This document shows positions 19,764 through 32,967 of a stretch of 64,000 nucleotides of DNA, piece by piece. The notes under the pieces were generated by a model. That model was not told where the DNA came from and searched no databases. It worked only from the letters and a program-made list of their open reading frames with translations. Origin of the DNA: Oikopleura dioica (lineage: Eukaryota > Animalia > Chordata); assembly GCA_907165135.1 (NCBI GenBank), contig OU015568.1:9114001-9178000 (forward strand). The letters are read 5' to 3'. The position numbers were made by a program, and so were the translations under genes. Numbering within the stretch: the first letter of the stretch is position 1; the number at the start of each line of letters is the position of its first letter.

Positions 19764-21882
19764 AGACCACAAATATTCCGCGCGAAAGAAGAAAGGAACG
19801 GTTGGATTGAAAGATTGAAAATTAGGAGGTTTCGCTTTTTGGTTCACCGCGTGGAGGAATTAAAGTTGACAGAAAGAAGCGGCGCTAGAAAAGAACGACA
19901 AGTGTCAAAATTATACGATAAAGTAGAAGGGATCAGCCCGGATTTTGGAATTTTAATTTTTGATTCTAGTTGCTAGATTTTAGATTTAAAATGAATAATT
20001 CAAAGAATCGAAGTCCAAATGCGAATCTTGAATTGAAGATCGATTTCTGATTGACTTCATAGAACGCTTACTTCAAAGCCAAAAATACAAGGGCAGTAGG
20101 TACCCCCAAAAATCCGTCTTCAGTACCGCCGATTATATTTTTCCGCTAAATCAACGGTCGATACAAAATGTATCTCTTCCCCTTTCAAGTGCCGTTTTTA
20201 GCGGATTAATTAGGCCACCCGCGATGCGCATCTCTCTGTCGAAGTCGAATTTCGCGGAAAATTCAGAACTTGCTGGTTGAAAATTTCAGGCTTTGGCTTC
20301 AGGTTCATCTTTATGGAAAATTTTTGGCAAACCGGAAACTGCACGTGCGTTTTGGAAATTGCTGGAAATGCTAAAAATTATCTGATGTCGATAAAATTTC
20401 AACCTCGAGGATCTCCTAAACCCAGGAGGCTTTTTCCAAGATTTCAAGCTTGAAAATTCCTCGTCTCCAAGAGCCCCAATCGTTTGATAAGATGCCAAGA
20501 AAAAAAAAGAGACCCGTGCGGACGATTTTCGCTCCATAAAGTTTTGACGATCACGCCGTTCAAAAAAAAGGTTTCTTTTTAATTTCGGGGAAATTTTAAA
20601 AGGGTGACATTTTATTGTCATAAAAACGCGTGTTGAGCGAAAGTACTAAGAGTAGTAAAGTGACAGGGAGGGGATTAGCGCGATGCGCACGAGATAAGAT
20701 GGGTGTAAATTTGTATCGAGAGTTTTAGTGATTTATGAGTAAGAGTTGATGATCTGATCTAATGATTTTCATCAACAGAATTGTAGTAGAGGTCCTCCTT
20801 TGAAATGGTCAACTAGAGAGGAGCAAGTTAAGCTGGCTCTGACTGCCCTAACGCTAACCCTAACTGTCAGAGTCTGGCAAAAGGAGCCAGACATTTTCAC
20901 ATGTTTCTTTCTTTTTTTTTAATTTACTTTTCTTACGCCCGGATGTATCTTCCCTTTGAGCCGCGCATCTTACACGCATCTTGTTGCCTCAAAGAAGAGT
21001 CCTAAGGGTAATCCCTCGGAAATGAAAAAGCAAACAGCCGTAGCTCATTTCCGCTTGAAGCCTTGAAGATCGAAGTAAAAGTAATAATTTTGTCCGCGTG
21101 AGCCTCGTTTGATCCTCGGACGTCCGAGTTAGCAGCTGCTCGATTTCTCGCGCCTCGCCACGTGGATTGAGGAAGGGATCAATCGAGCAAACTGAGTTTG
21201 ATCTCACAAGGAAGGAGTTTGTTGACGTTGCTGATCCCTTCAAGCAGCTAGTTATACTTGAACTGGCTGGGAAATTGAGTTTTTCAAAATGGAAATTTCG
21301 CTATTTTTGTCTTGCTATTTTAATCCAGCTCCTTTGAACAGTTCTTTGAGAGGATTTTCAAAGTCATCGAAGGGTCGATGGTTTTATTCTTGAACCCGAT
21401 TGTAGACAAAAAATGCTTATTGGACGTTTTCGAGAAGCCTAATTCTTGTAATTGATCCCTAAAATTCATGGGAGAGCGCTTGAAACTTTCAAGCAAGCTC
21501 TAAAAAGGGTACCAAACATTGTCTCCGACTTACTAGGCTGAATCAACAAATTATCGACCGCTCGTGGCGGCACAATTACTAAATTGAACGGGTCGTAAAA
21601 TCAAAACTCGATCTAATTCGAGGCGAGCGCCTTTGGCCAAGCCGATCACGCGGAAAATCTCACGTCGATACAATTTGTACTACTGCTCTTTGATCCAGTC
21701 ACTATTACTTCTTTGTTGTGGGGCTTAATTAGGGCGATCTTGATCCCTACTTCATCACTGTAAGATGTGAAACTGACGCTTCAAAGCTTCCCTGGAATTG
21801 TTCTGTAAAATTCCAGCACAGTAGAGTAGAGAACCAAATTGATACGGAGCTCGTTTTATTTTAGTCTTATGTACAGTTATAT

Positions 21883-23678
21883 TTACGCGCTATTCTCTCC
21901 GCATGCAGCAGCATAATCGGAATCGGACATTGCTAAAGTTGGCTTCTTTGAACTTTTTGGCTTTGCACATCTGAATTTACAAAGTTAGAATGAGCTTTGA
22001 AAAACGCTTTACTTTTTATAAATGGAAGCGAGATCAGACGGGAAGATAATTGTGACTGTAACATTGTCGCAGCCAGGCAGTGAGGTCGAGGGTTGTTCGG
22101 CGATGCACACTTCCAACAAGCGTTGGCAGATCTAAAAAAGACACTGCTGAACAAACAGTTGAAATCATTGCCGAACTATGTTGACTTTCCCTGTCAAGAA
22201 TCAATTACGAGCTGGAATTCAAGTGAATTTTGATTTACTGCAATTTGCCTTGAACTTTTTCTTCAACGCGGCACAATAAAACAAGTAATCTAACCTCCTT
22301 GGGATGGATCTTCTGTGCCAACTTGTTCCGCACGAATTTAATAACTTCAGCATTGGTCATCATGTCGAAAACGCCATCGCAGGCGAGAACGAGAAACTCA
22401 AGTTCCTTCTGCTTGCAGATTATCACATCGGGTATCGCTACAAATCAAACGACGTGTCAACCGTTGTGTTACTCTTTCAAGGCGCTCACCTGTGACAATT
22501 TGCTTGTGAAGTGGGCTTAGTGCTCGGGTTAGACAAATCGTAAAAAAAGAAAGATGTGAACTTGTGACTTACTAAGAAAATAGCCAACTTTGATTCAATA
22601 GTTACTCTCCTATAGTTTAATACAGAAGTAATAAGGATCAAGCACGCCTTTAGAAAACTTATAGAAAACAAGCAAACTTGACAGTATCTAACCATGCCTG
22701 TCAATATTCTGTTTGAAGAAAAAGTCTCCAAGAGCCCTTGACATGGCCAGTGCACCGTTGACTCTGTTGAACTCGACCCACCCTCCGCCAGATTCGATCC
22801 TCTTCAGTTCATCCCTTCGATTTGGCTTGTGGTCGAAACTCAGCGGACAGACGTGGCCTTGAAAGGATCTATTTAGAAATCAATGAAGAGATTCCGCAAG
22901 TTTTTCAATATTGACAATAGTTATCGACAAGAACAGCGTCAATAGGAATTTTGAATAACGTTACGATCGCGTGAGCAAAAAAGTATGCCAAAGGTCAGCA
23001 GGTACAGGCTTACCTGCGATAGAAGCGACAGCTCGCGAATCGCCAATGTTTGAACAATAAACTTGATCCGAGTCGATGAGAATTGCACAGGCGGTCGAGC
23101 CAGAACATTCTTCTACCTTTTGCGATATCAATCGATCCGTCTTTCAACAGGGATCAACAATGGAAAATCATTATAAGGAAGTTGTTTTCTACTTCAATGT
23201 TGGATGTTACAGTTCTTTTAAGAGCGCAAAAGACACGCTTAAAAATGACACTGTAAATAATCGTCTCAGATTGATCCCGTTGACAGAATGAATCCTTCAA
23301 CACAGGCTCTAGCGTAGTCGCTCTTTTCGAAGAACTGACTTTCCTTGATCATCTGGTGAATGTGATTTGCAGCGAATTCTGCTGTCTTCGCTCCTCCGTG
23401 TCCGTCAAAAACTGCGCTGAGGAAGACCCCGGGGTTCAGTTCCATTAGTGTGATGTGTCTGTCTTCCATTTCTGAAAAGAGAGCATAATTGCTGGGCGAT
23501 TTCTCATGAAAAATGAAGCGAATAACTGACTGTAGCTGATTGCGATTCTTACAGGATATTTTCCAATCGTCGATTACCTACTTGGTCTCCAGCCCTGGGC
23601 GGAACAAGTCACAGCTGAGAATCTCTCAAAGCTCTTCTGCTCAACATTTGGCTCCAATCTCGACCCATATTGTCCCAT
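21883..23678 (-). CDS. Protein phosphatase 2C (PPM family), spliced
   Basis: MGQ...SAQGWRP/MEDRH, AVFDGHGG, SNIGDSRAV, LSFDHKP, RVNGALAMSRALGDF, FLVLACDGVFD, GCDNVTV. Confidence 0.93.
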
Positions 23679-24069
23679 TTTTTCTTAGTGTGTTTCAGCT
23701 CGTTTATCTCTTGTTGAATATTGAATATGAAGAAGGCGACCGAGTTGTTCTCTGATTATAAATTGCTCTTCTGCTGGTTCGAATTGTAATTGCACTTTGA
23801 TTGTCTTTTTCGTCGTTCTATTTTGCTCCTCCTTTCTTTTTTCAATCAACTTTAACGAGAGTCAGAAGCAAGTGAAAATTACCACTCTCTTCTTCATTAA
23901 ACGAACAGCGAGTTGCAATAAACAGAGTGCGTTAATTTATCTATCTATCACATGATTTGCACGATGCTCGACAACTCTTCCCTGACGAATGTGTGGATAC
24001 CGCAAGACTGTAGGCTACAGTGACTGCAGCGATGGCGAGCCGCACTGCGTAATTTGTATCTTGACTTAA

Positions 24070-24380
24070 GGGTGTCAACTACGGTCAATAATACAGTGGG
24101 ACAATTTCTCTCACAAGAAAAATTGAAGATAGTTAGTCGAAGTCAATTTTTCTTTTCAGGAAGACGATGAGGTTATTTATCAATCATTTCCGCACGGGCG
24201 AAAATCTTGAAGGGTAAATTATGATGATTTGAGATGATCGATTCGGCCACTTTTTCGCTGTGAAGAGAAATATTGCTTTAAAATGCAATTGATAAAAATC
24301 TTATTTAATAAAGTTAAAGATTTTCGTCAGATCGAGTCTGACAAGATCAGAATAGAAAAAAAATTGCGCAGTTGACACCC
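24070..24380. mobile_element. ~310-bp Tourist/PIF-Harbinger-like MITE
   Basis: TIRs GGGTGTCAACTACG / CGCAGTTGACACCC. Flanks TAA and CAA suggest a 3-bp TSD with one mismatch. Confidence 0.6.
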
Positions 24381-24740
24381 CAATGGCTTTGGCTAATCTT
24401 TGGGTGGGCAGTCTCTTCGGCTTATCTAGTTAGTTCTTTTTTGTTTTCTTGCGACGGCAGGGGATGTTAGCCTTCTGAGCAAGTTGCTGCCCTCGGGCGT
24501 GTTTGTCAATGCGTGTCTCTTCTGCGCCCAGTAAGAGAACGGGAGGCCCCCTGGCCTGATTATAACCGTGGCGCGCGTTTCAGCAGAAATTCGACTGTTG
24601 AATAATTCTGAATAACTTTTTTCCGCGGATAAATATTTTAACAGAATGTATACTTTAGATAAAATAAACTATTTATCCATGTAATCAAGAGCTAAAGGGG
24701 TCAGAAAGGGGCACATTCTAAAGGACCAGAAATTTTCCGA

Positions 24741-24828
24741 CGGGGACATTCGGGGACATTCAGGGACATTTGGGGACATTCGGGGACATTCGGGGACATT
24801 CAGGGACATTCAGGGACATTCGGGGACG
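24741..24828 (+). repeat. 10-bp minisatellite (CRGGGACATT), 9 copies
   Basis: Directly visible tandem array. Confidence 0.95.
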
Positions 24829-26439
24829 TAACAAGCGTCTGCCGAAGTCCTAACACTAGAATCAAGATTTTTAATTACCTGAAGACTCGAAATCTCGTTA
24901 TTTCTTCCTTTCTCTGTCCAATTCTATTCAGGTTATATTTTTCCAAGCTCGGCCTGTTTGTCTGACTGGTTTAATATTTTATGAGCTAGAAATCGACACA
25001 TCTGGTGGGGGAGGAGTTGTTGTATCTCCCTTCAAAAATATTCGTTGAGACGGTGATTCAATTAATTAGCTCCTGTTTTGAGAGGAAAGACGGTCTTGCG
25101 GAGAGCAATAAGTCGCAATTTGCCTTTTCTGAAAATGAGACTCGCATTTTATTCGATGCTGCCCTATCCTTTATTTAAAGCTTATTGAGACAATCTCGAT
25201 CCGCTGATCAAAAACCGAGCAAGGCCAAAAACATTTAATAAGTAACTCAATTGCTGGCCGAACGCCTGAATTACAGTAATTTCTTTCTTAGCATACATTT
25301 CGTCATTTCTCCTTCTAATCTCCAAAAATAAACTCGCTTGACCACGGCTTGTCCTTATCCTTTCATCAGTCAATCACGGAAAAGAGGCAAAAAGGAATCA
25401 CACATGGAAGAAGTCTTTATATAAATATCACGCGCCTCGGGCAATCTGTCCAAGCTTTTGAAAATTGTCTTCATTCTAAATTATTACAAGTTGTATTTAT
25501 TACAACCTTCGACTTTGATGCTTTATCGACACCGGAAATTAATGAAAAAAAATACTCCTCTGCACGCTAGAGGGCGTAATTGTGACCAGGTCTTTTCGGG
25601 GGTGCAGTACAGGCACTAGTCCAGCGGTAGAAGCAGCAAAGAATCGTAGGCGAAGTGCAGTATGTTTCCGCCCCTCCTAATGGCCCATAAGGTGCACATG
25701 CGCATCCGGAACTGACCAATCAACGAGTCGGAAACGCGGCGCCGCTTTGAGATCACTCAGATTGCGACTCAGAATTCACTTTTTCAGAATACACGAAGCT
25801 GCTATCAAAATTTTTTCAAATTTTTTCCAAGATTAAGAGAACTCTTACTACTCCTTTTAGCACTACTACTGTCCACTAGACATGTTTATCACAGGAGTTG
25901 GGTTAGACTTTTGTCCCGATTCCCCTCTTTTTGAGTGCCAAATTTATTCATTGATATTTTCTTACATTTTATCCTTTTTAGGGTGTTTATGAGAGAAGCG
26001 ATTCCCATTGCGTCTAGGTACTGCTGGGATATGTAGTATCTATTGGCAATGGATGCGCGATTTGCTGCAGGTTTTCCTGCGATGGCCCAGTGGCAGGTTT
26101 CCGCACCAAGAGGCAACGATGATCCTTCGAACCTGAAGATTCGGTAAGCTCATATTCGATTCACTTTCGGATATTAATAAGGACCAACGATTTATCAAAA
26201 TTTCAGAAGGCTGTTGCCTAGACACTGGTATGCCACGAAACGTGAACGAGAGCGTTCACGTGTTTTCGCTCTTAGTCCGTTTGCGACCCTCCTGTGTTCT
26301 TATCCAGAAGAGCCGAAGCGAAATAAGCTCCAGACGGAGATTTACACGAATATCTAACCTATGAAAGGTTATATGATTCTATTTGTTGAGAAAAATAAAT
26401 TCAATTCACTTTTTTATTTGTCTTCTTTTCATTGCAGGG

Positions 26440-27083
26440 GATGATTTCAAAAAACTTTTTGTGGGGCCGGAAATCGTAAAAAAACTGCTAGTGCAGTTTT
26501 CTCCAGCTCGTCAAGACGAGTCGAATGATGGGTCTAACTCCTGATAATTCTAAGGATTGACCGGTTTACCGGCTGGTTACCGGAAAATACGTTGTCACCT
26601 GCCGTTTTTGTTCTAGAAGTGATAGACTTATGTTTGACACCGGAAATTGTTCCTTATAGTCAGTTCTCCTGCAGGCTAAAAGATGAAGAGTTTATCAATA
26701 CTCTGAAGAGAGTTATCACTAAAATACTATTTTTCGCGAAAATGGGACTAGAAATTAGGAACGTGCAGCAACAACATAATTTTAGTAAAAATTACTGTTT
26801 TTAGTGATAACTCTCTTCAGAGTATTGATAAACTCTTCATCTTTTAGCCTGCAGGAGAACTGACTATAAGGAACAATTTCCGGTGTCAAACATAAGTCTA
26901 TCACTTCTAGAACAAAAACGGCAGGTGACAACGTATTTTCCGGTAACCAGCCGGTAAACCGGTCAATCCTTAGAATTATCAGGAGTTAGACCCATCATTC
27001 GACTCGTCTTGACGAGCTGGAGAAAACTGCACTAGCAGTTTTTTTACGATTTCCGGCCCCACAAAAAGTTTTTTGAAATCATC
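26440..27083. mobile_element. 644-bp palindromic (foldback/MITE) element with 285-bp arms, 74-bp spacer and 4-bp TSD
   Basis: 26440-26724 is the reverse complement of 26799-27083, with no mismatch seen by eye. AGGG occurs at 26436-26439 and 27084-27087. Confidence 0.95.
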
Positions 27084-27106
27084 AGGGCATGAAAACTCTA
27101 TGTTAA

Positions 27107-27557
27107 CCCGATAACGCGAATTTGAAATTATACGATAACGAGAGCGGGAGCACTTAGTGCACCCAGGCCATCTAGAACAATTTTAAGCAAAAAGAGGACA
27201 AAACTGCTTGCTTTCTCGGTCTGTAAGACGGGGTTTTCGTCGTAATTTTGAAAAATGCTCGGTCTAGAACTCTTGAGAACTCTATTTTGTGAGGAAAAAC
27301 GCGAAAAGAACGCGCGCTCTGTTGATGAATGTTATGTAACATTGAGTTCTCGAGACGATTTTCCAAAAATTTGCACCTTTTTTGTAAAAAAAAGGGATTA
27401 AATATAAAGTATGAAAATTTCTTAAAGTCAAACTAAGTGAGGAATAGGTGTTAGAATTTAAGTTTTTTTGAATTTTTGGATTACCTCCATATTGAAGAAA
27501 ATCACAATGCAACAACTAGCTCTGGGAGCACTTAGTGCTCCCGCTCTCGTTATCGGG
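27107..27557. mobile_element. piggyBac-type MITE
   Basis: TTAA|CCCGATAACG...CGTTATCGGG|TTAA. Asymmetrically spaced subterminal inverted repeat CGATAACGAGAGCGGGAGCACTWAGTGC. Confidence 0.88.
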
Positions 27558-29966
27558 TTAACGAATTCAATAGCACTGAACTTGTTTGAGCTAAAACAGG
27601 GGGCACTCCTGTTGCTGGTAAGTAGGCAGGTCATTGAAGAACCTTAACTTGGGCGCGTTCTTCCCGAAAGAAAAGTCAAGGGCTAAGTTTCCCGTTCATT
27701 CCGCTGACAAGAGCCGTGTTCCAAGGCCTGAGCTTGTTTTTATGCATTCTTTAGGGAGCCTTGAAGAGATTCTTACGTACTTATCTGTAAGTCCATGATC
27801 AGTTACGGGAATGAGTGGTCCCAATCTGTTTGAAAGATGATCGAACCAAATCCGCAAAATCTACAAATGGGATTCTTTTATCATCGTTAATGCAGGTCCT
27901 ACAGTGTGTTAATTTTATTGTCTTGTTGAAAACCAAATCAAGATTGGTATAGTCTATACCAATAGTCTATACCGTATAGACAGGATTCTGAATAACATGA
28001 TTATGATAATTTGAAGCGCAAAGAGAATCAGCGAAATGAAGACATAGAGGAGGACTCTTATTTCGCTACATCTACCAAGATAGACCATCTTTTTCTTCGC
28101 CTTCAGAGGTTTTTTCCTCAAAAATGTGATTATTGAGCAGAAAAAAGAGAATTCTCCTCGAATTAATATCTGATTCCAAGTAAGATTAATTAACAATCAT
28201 ATTCTTCGATCGTGAGAAAGACAATAAACAACAACGGATTCCTCCTTCCCCTTCTTGATCAGCAACCAAAGATAGTTTACGTCAAAGCTGCATTCCGAAT
28301 GGATAAAAGCAGCCATCTCTCAGGCTTCTTACCTCTTTCAAGTCAGAGACTAGTAGAGTACGCCACGCCTTCCTTTCAAAAAGGTGAGTTTGAAGTTGAA
28401 GTCTTGCAGCTTTTAACTAGCGGAGGTGATTCGGAATAACTGAAATTGTCGTAAAAATATACCGTTATTTGTGCTGAATCCTCACTTGCCAGAGCGTAGT
28501 AAACGAATCATTTCCTAAGAATTCAATAAAATAGTATTTTTTTACTTTGAAATGTAAAAAAGAGCCTCTTATCTACCAGCAAGTACAAGAGCCATCGAAA
28601 ATTCCTTTGCACATATTTTAATGACGAGAGAAATGTAACTGTTTCAGGTAAACGCGGCATTTCATGTCCATAAAGGGTGCTAAGTTGGGAATTGGGCTCG
28701 CGCTTGAAACTGAAAATTGAGTAGAAGCGAGCCAGAGTGTCAACACTTTCGAGCCCAAGTTTAATCATCTTCTTACAAGCCCACTTGAAATGACGAACGG
28801 TTTTTTCAATAACGAGAAAGAGATGGAATTTCAGTGAAGACCTATTTATGCCCTGTGTTTTTCTCGCGATTAAAAGTTATAGAAGCAGATAAAACTTTTG
28901 ACTTCCGGTCCAAGTCGCCGCAAGGAAAATAACTTTAATTTACAATTATCCAAATATGGAAGAGATAATTATGTGGAGGGTGATCAAAGAGGCTACATCC
29001 CTCGTAATTTTTCTGCTTTCTAACGAGGGGGTCAGACGACATGTGATGATGCTCAGAGAAAAAAAAGAGCGTGACAACGATTTTGTGATGAAAATGCACT
29101 GTTTTGATAGACATAATTCAGACAAAGTATTTTCAACTTTCCATAAAGAGAATATTTCAACAAGAGCGACTACTGTTAGAAATTCATCCATTAAACCAAG
29201 TGGGAAATACATTTTCAGCTAGAATACCAAAAATATAAGAGAATCTTCTGTTTTTGAGAATCTTTTTATTGGTCTGAGTTGGTCGGTTTACGAAATTATA
29301 ATTACGCCATTTTTTAATATGCTTCGCTTGTCGGTATTTTTCCATAAACGTGATGGCTCTGATCCAAGTTCCTGTCTAGCTATCCCTCTTTTTTTCACGG
29401 TTTCTTAAGAAAACGATGAGAACTTTGCACATGCACTTCGTTTTAAAATGAGCTTGGGCCCTTTAAAACCCGATAGCTTCTCTAAAATCCCCCTAAAGTA
29501 CCCTAGAATTAAAGGAGAAACATGTTAAAGCCCTTCGGGTGTTAAGATTCATGCGCACGCATATGTTTCCTGACGCCTCTAAGGCAAAACACCTTCCATT
29601 GAAAATCTGCCCTATTCTGAATCTCAATTTTCTTTTGAATTCGTGGCTCTTTTAAATTGAGACCCTCTCTTTCTGAAAATCTCCCTCTCGTTCGTATTCG
29701 ACTCACACGTTCGATCTTTTGTTAGAGCCCCTTCTCCTCTACCCAGCGAGAAAAATTTCCGAACAATTAAAAAACTAACGCCTTGCTGGGTTTAGACCCC
29801 GTTCTGACCGATAATAAACGACACTGAAGAAAATACCATCACAGTTGAAAATAAACGAACCTGATCCTTGAACCCACGACGTGGCAGTTCCCTCGCCAAG
29901 CGATTAACTCAAGAGGAGGAACTTTACATTCCGAGAGTAACTAGAGACTTATAATTACAGAAGAGA

Positions 29967-32397
29967 ATGAATTGGACCGTGGCAGATTGGCTTAATTACT
30001 TTTCATCGGTGTTCAATTTATTGGTAAGTTGAAATTTTATTATAATATCTGAACTCCTTTGGCAATTTTTGCGTTTTTCTTTTATTAATAGTGCGCTTTA
30101 AAAATTGGTCATAAAGATAAAATTAATGAGTTTAACGTTTGTTACGTAAGAAAAGTCAGATGAGGGCCTTTTTCAGTTTGAAAGCAGAAAAGGTCAACAG
30201 CGTTTTCTTATTTTTGAATTCAGAATGTCGCGATCGGATCTGGCATCATCGGACTTGGATCTGTCGCTGCAAATATGGGGATCATTCCTTACATGGTGTT
30301 TAATGTTCTGGTGGTGGCGATTTCGATATTTACTTTGGTAAGTGAGTTTTTGGGGTGGTTGAGTTTATTTTTTGGTCGTGAGAAATTAGAACTGAAAATT
30401 TGTTGATTTTCTTGTTTGTCATTAATTTTGGTATCTTCGTTGATCTTTTTAAACCCTGGGTTGTTGTCCGTTTCATTCCCTAACTTGAATTAGGCGAAAT
30501 GTCGCGGATGTTCGGACTCACAACCCATTCGTGCTCTCTTGAATGATTGACACTAAGTTAGTATCGTGGCAAATTTGATTCGAAAAAGAACTGACTGTTC
30601 TGATTATTTTGTTGATTAGAATTTGGTGTGTAAATCAGCAACAAGAGTTTACAAATGGGAAGCGGAGAACAACGCAAACGAAATGCAGAAACTCAACTCG
30701 ACGCTCGACGATGAAATGAATGATGATTGTGAAGGTAAAGCACCCGGGGTTTCTTCTTTTACAGTTTTCTAAATTAAATTTTTCTTACATTGCTTTTGAA
30801 GATATCATGGAAAGCCGACATGATCACATCATGACGTCGTTGGAGCACATCAAAATCACCGAATTCGGAAACGACGAGTTGAAACGTAAAGATCACCCGA
30901 TTGCTTATTCCTACGAAGATATAGCCTGTGTTCTTTTCGGAAAGAAAGTGCTCATCATGAACAATATTTGCATCTTGTTCTACCTCTTCTCATGCATTTG
31001 CTCTTACATGACTCTTATCAAGGTAAAGCTCTTAGGATTCATAACCAATCATAATTTTAATTGAGGATACAATGCCAGATATCGCCATTGGAATCGTTAA
31101 AATGTTCAACGAAGAAGCAGAGATTACCAATCAATGGTACAATAATGGAACTCTTTGGCTCTTTCTAGGAAAGGCTTTGATTCAAAAATAGCTAGATTTT
31201 ATTCAACAAGTTTCAAGCCTCGTTCAGTTTTTCTTTTAATTCTCTTCCCACTTGGCTGTTGCAAGCGAATCGACTTTCTTGGTTTTACCTCAGCGATTGG
31301 CATGTTCGCTATGGGTACTTTTGTCGTTATGATTGTCGCGAAACAACCTGAAGTCGCTGGAATGTGCGAAGATCCAGGAATCGACTATCCTTTTAGAAAC
31401 AAGAACAACTCCGACATCATCAAATTCAACCACAACATCACGACCGAGTGCGAAGTCAAGTTTGTGAATCTCAGCTCGCAGTCGATCTTCTCCGCTGGAA
31501 TCTTGATCTTTGCGTACATGAGTCATTGCAACGTGCTGGCTATTTTTGCGGAAGTCAAGACTCGATCCTTGGAGAGAATGAACAAAGGTAAGAGAAACTG
31601 AAATAGGCGTGTCTTGAGTTTGACTCATCGGCCCTCTTTTGAAGGTGCTAAATTGAAGTGCATTTTAAGTGATTTACGGCGCGCTTATTCCCTGCACTGT
31701 TCTGTACATGACTGCTGCCATCTTTGCCTACTCGTCATTCTTCAATCACACGCAGCCCCAACTGATCCAACTTTACAGGTACTAAAAACGCACAGCTCGA
31801 CCAAAAGTGTGAGCCAAATTTCTAGTTTTATTCACACAGATGGCTCGAACGCAATTACTGTCTGCAACATTCTCGTTATGACTTGCATCATATTTTCAAT
31901 TCCACTCGCACTTTACCCGGCTAGGAGCACGCTTTGGAAACTCATTCATACTTTCATGCCAAGTTTTCCAGCGGTATGAAATCCGACTTTTTCTTCTGTT
32001 CATCCAATTTATTCTTCAGCCATTTGTCCCCGCTGAGCTCGACCTTCCTCGTGGAAAAGGCCGACCTTTCCCGGCTGCGATTTTCTACACTTTAATGGTC
32101 TCAATTTACTTGTTTGTCTTTTGCGTCGTCGTCAGTAACGCGGATTTCGGCCTCTTCTTGGCTTTGGCTGGCGCTGTCAGTGGATCGACTGTAATTATGA
32201 TTTTCCCAACAATGTTTCACTTGAAAATGGAAAATTGGGACTATAAATCGTTCGATAATTTCTGCGCTTTTATCAGTAAGTAATTTATTTAACAGTCAAG
32301 CTCTTATTTTTTATCTTCAGTTTTGATATTTGGCGTGTTCATCCTTTTTGGAAATACGAGTCTGGTCCTCTACAAAGAACTCTCAGCTTCGGAATGA
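29967..32397 (+). CDS. Amino-acid transporter, SLC38/Aa_trans family, spliced (start may lie in an upstream exon)
   Basis: SSVFNLL/NVAIGSGIIGL, SYEDIA..LFGK, IDFLGFTSAIG, ILIFAYMSHCNVL, IFSIPLALYPAR, GAVSGSTVIMIFP. Confidence 0.9.
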
Positions 32398-32967
32398 ATC
32401 TCCGCTCTAGCATCAGGGGGTCATCGCTTGCTGCCAATCCGTCCGTTCAGCGACCAGATAAAACAAGATAGAAACAGTGAATCTACGTCTACTCCGCCTC
32501 CTCCACCGCTGCCCGGGCCGGTCCGCCGCAAAATTCAGATGTTGCTTACATCGCTTGAAGCGGGAAAAAAGACATTCCTATCTTTAAAAAAACATTTAAA
32601 CTACACGCACTTGACCCCTTATGCCTGTAAAGTACATCTTACTGTAACGAAATTTTGTAAAAACCAAAAGAAACACTGTATACTTTTCACGCAAAGTGTA
32701 CGTTTAGTTGAGTTTCGTTTCCGTTTTTATTCAATCTTTAGTTAGAATATATTAACCAGTACACAAAAAGCTTGATATCAATTTAACGCAAGAAAGCAGA
32801 CAGTTGTCAGGCAGTTTGAGGAGAAAATATGCCGGATCTGCATATTTTTAATTGATCCTGTCTGAGCTTTAACGATGGTCGTCTGATCGTCATGATTGCA
32901 CAAACAGTTATTATGCTCATAATACCCGTAAAATATACACAAAAATTCAGAGTTCAGAGAGAAACAA

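Noticed and set aside
20940-21470. Possible minus-strand gene fragments
   Set aside because: No consistent frame or recognisable motif could be assembled.
26592-26804. 70-aa ORF inside the palindrome
   Set aside because: Lies within a non-coding inverted-repeat arm.
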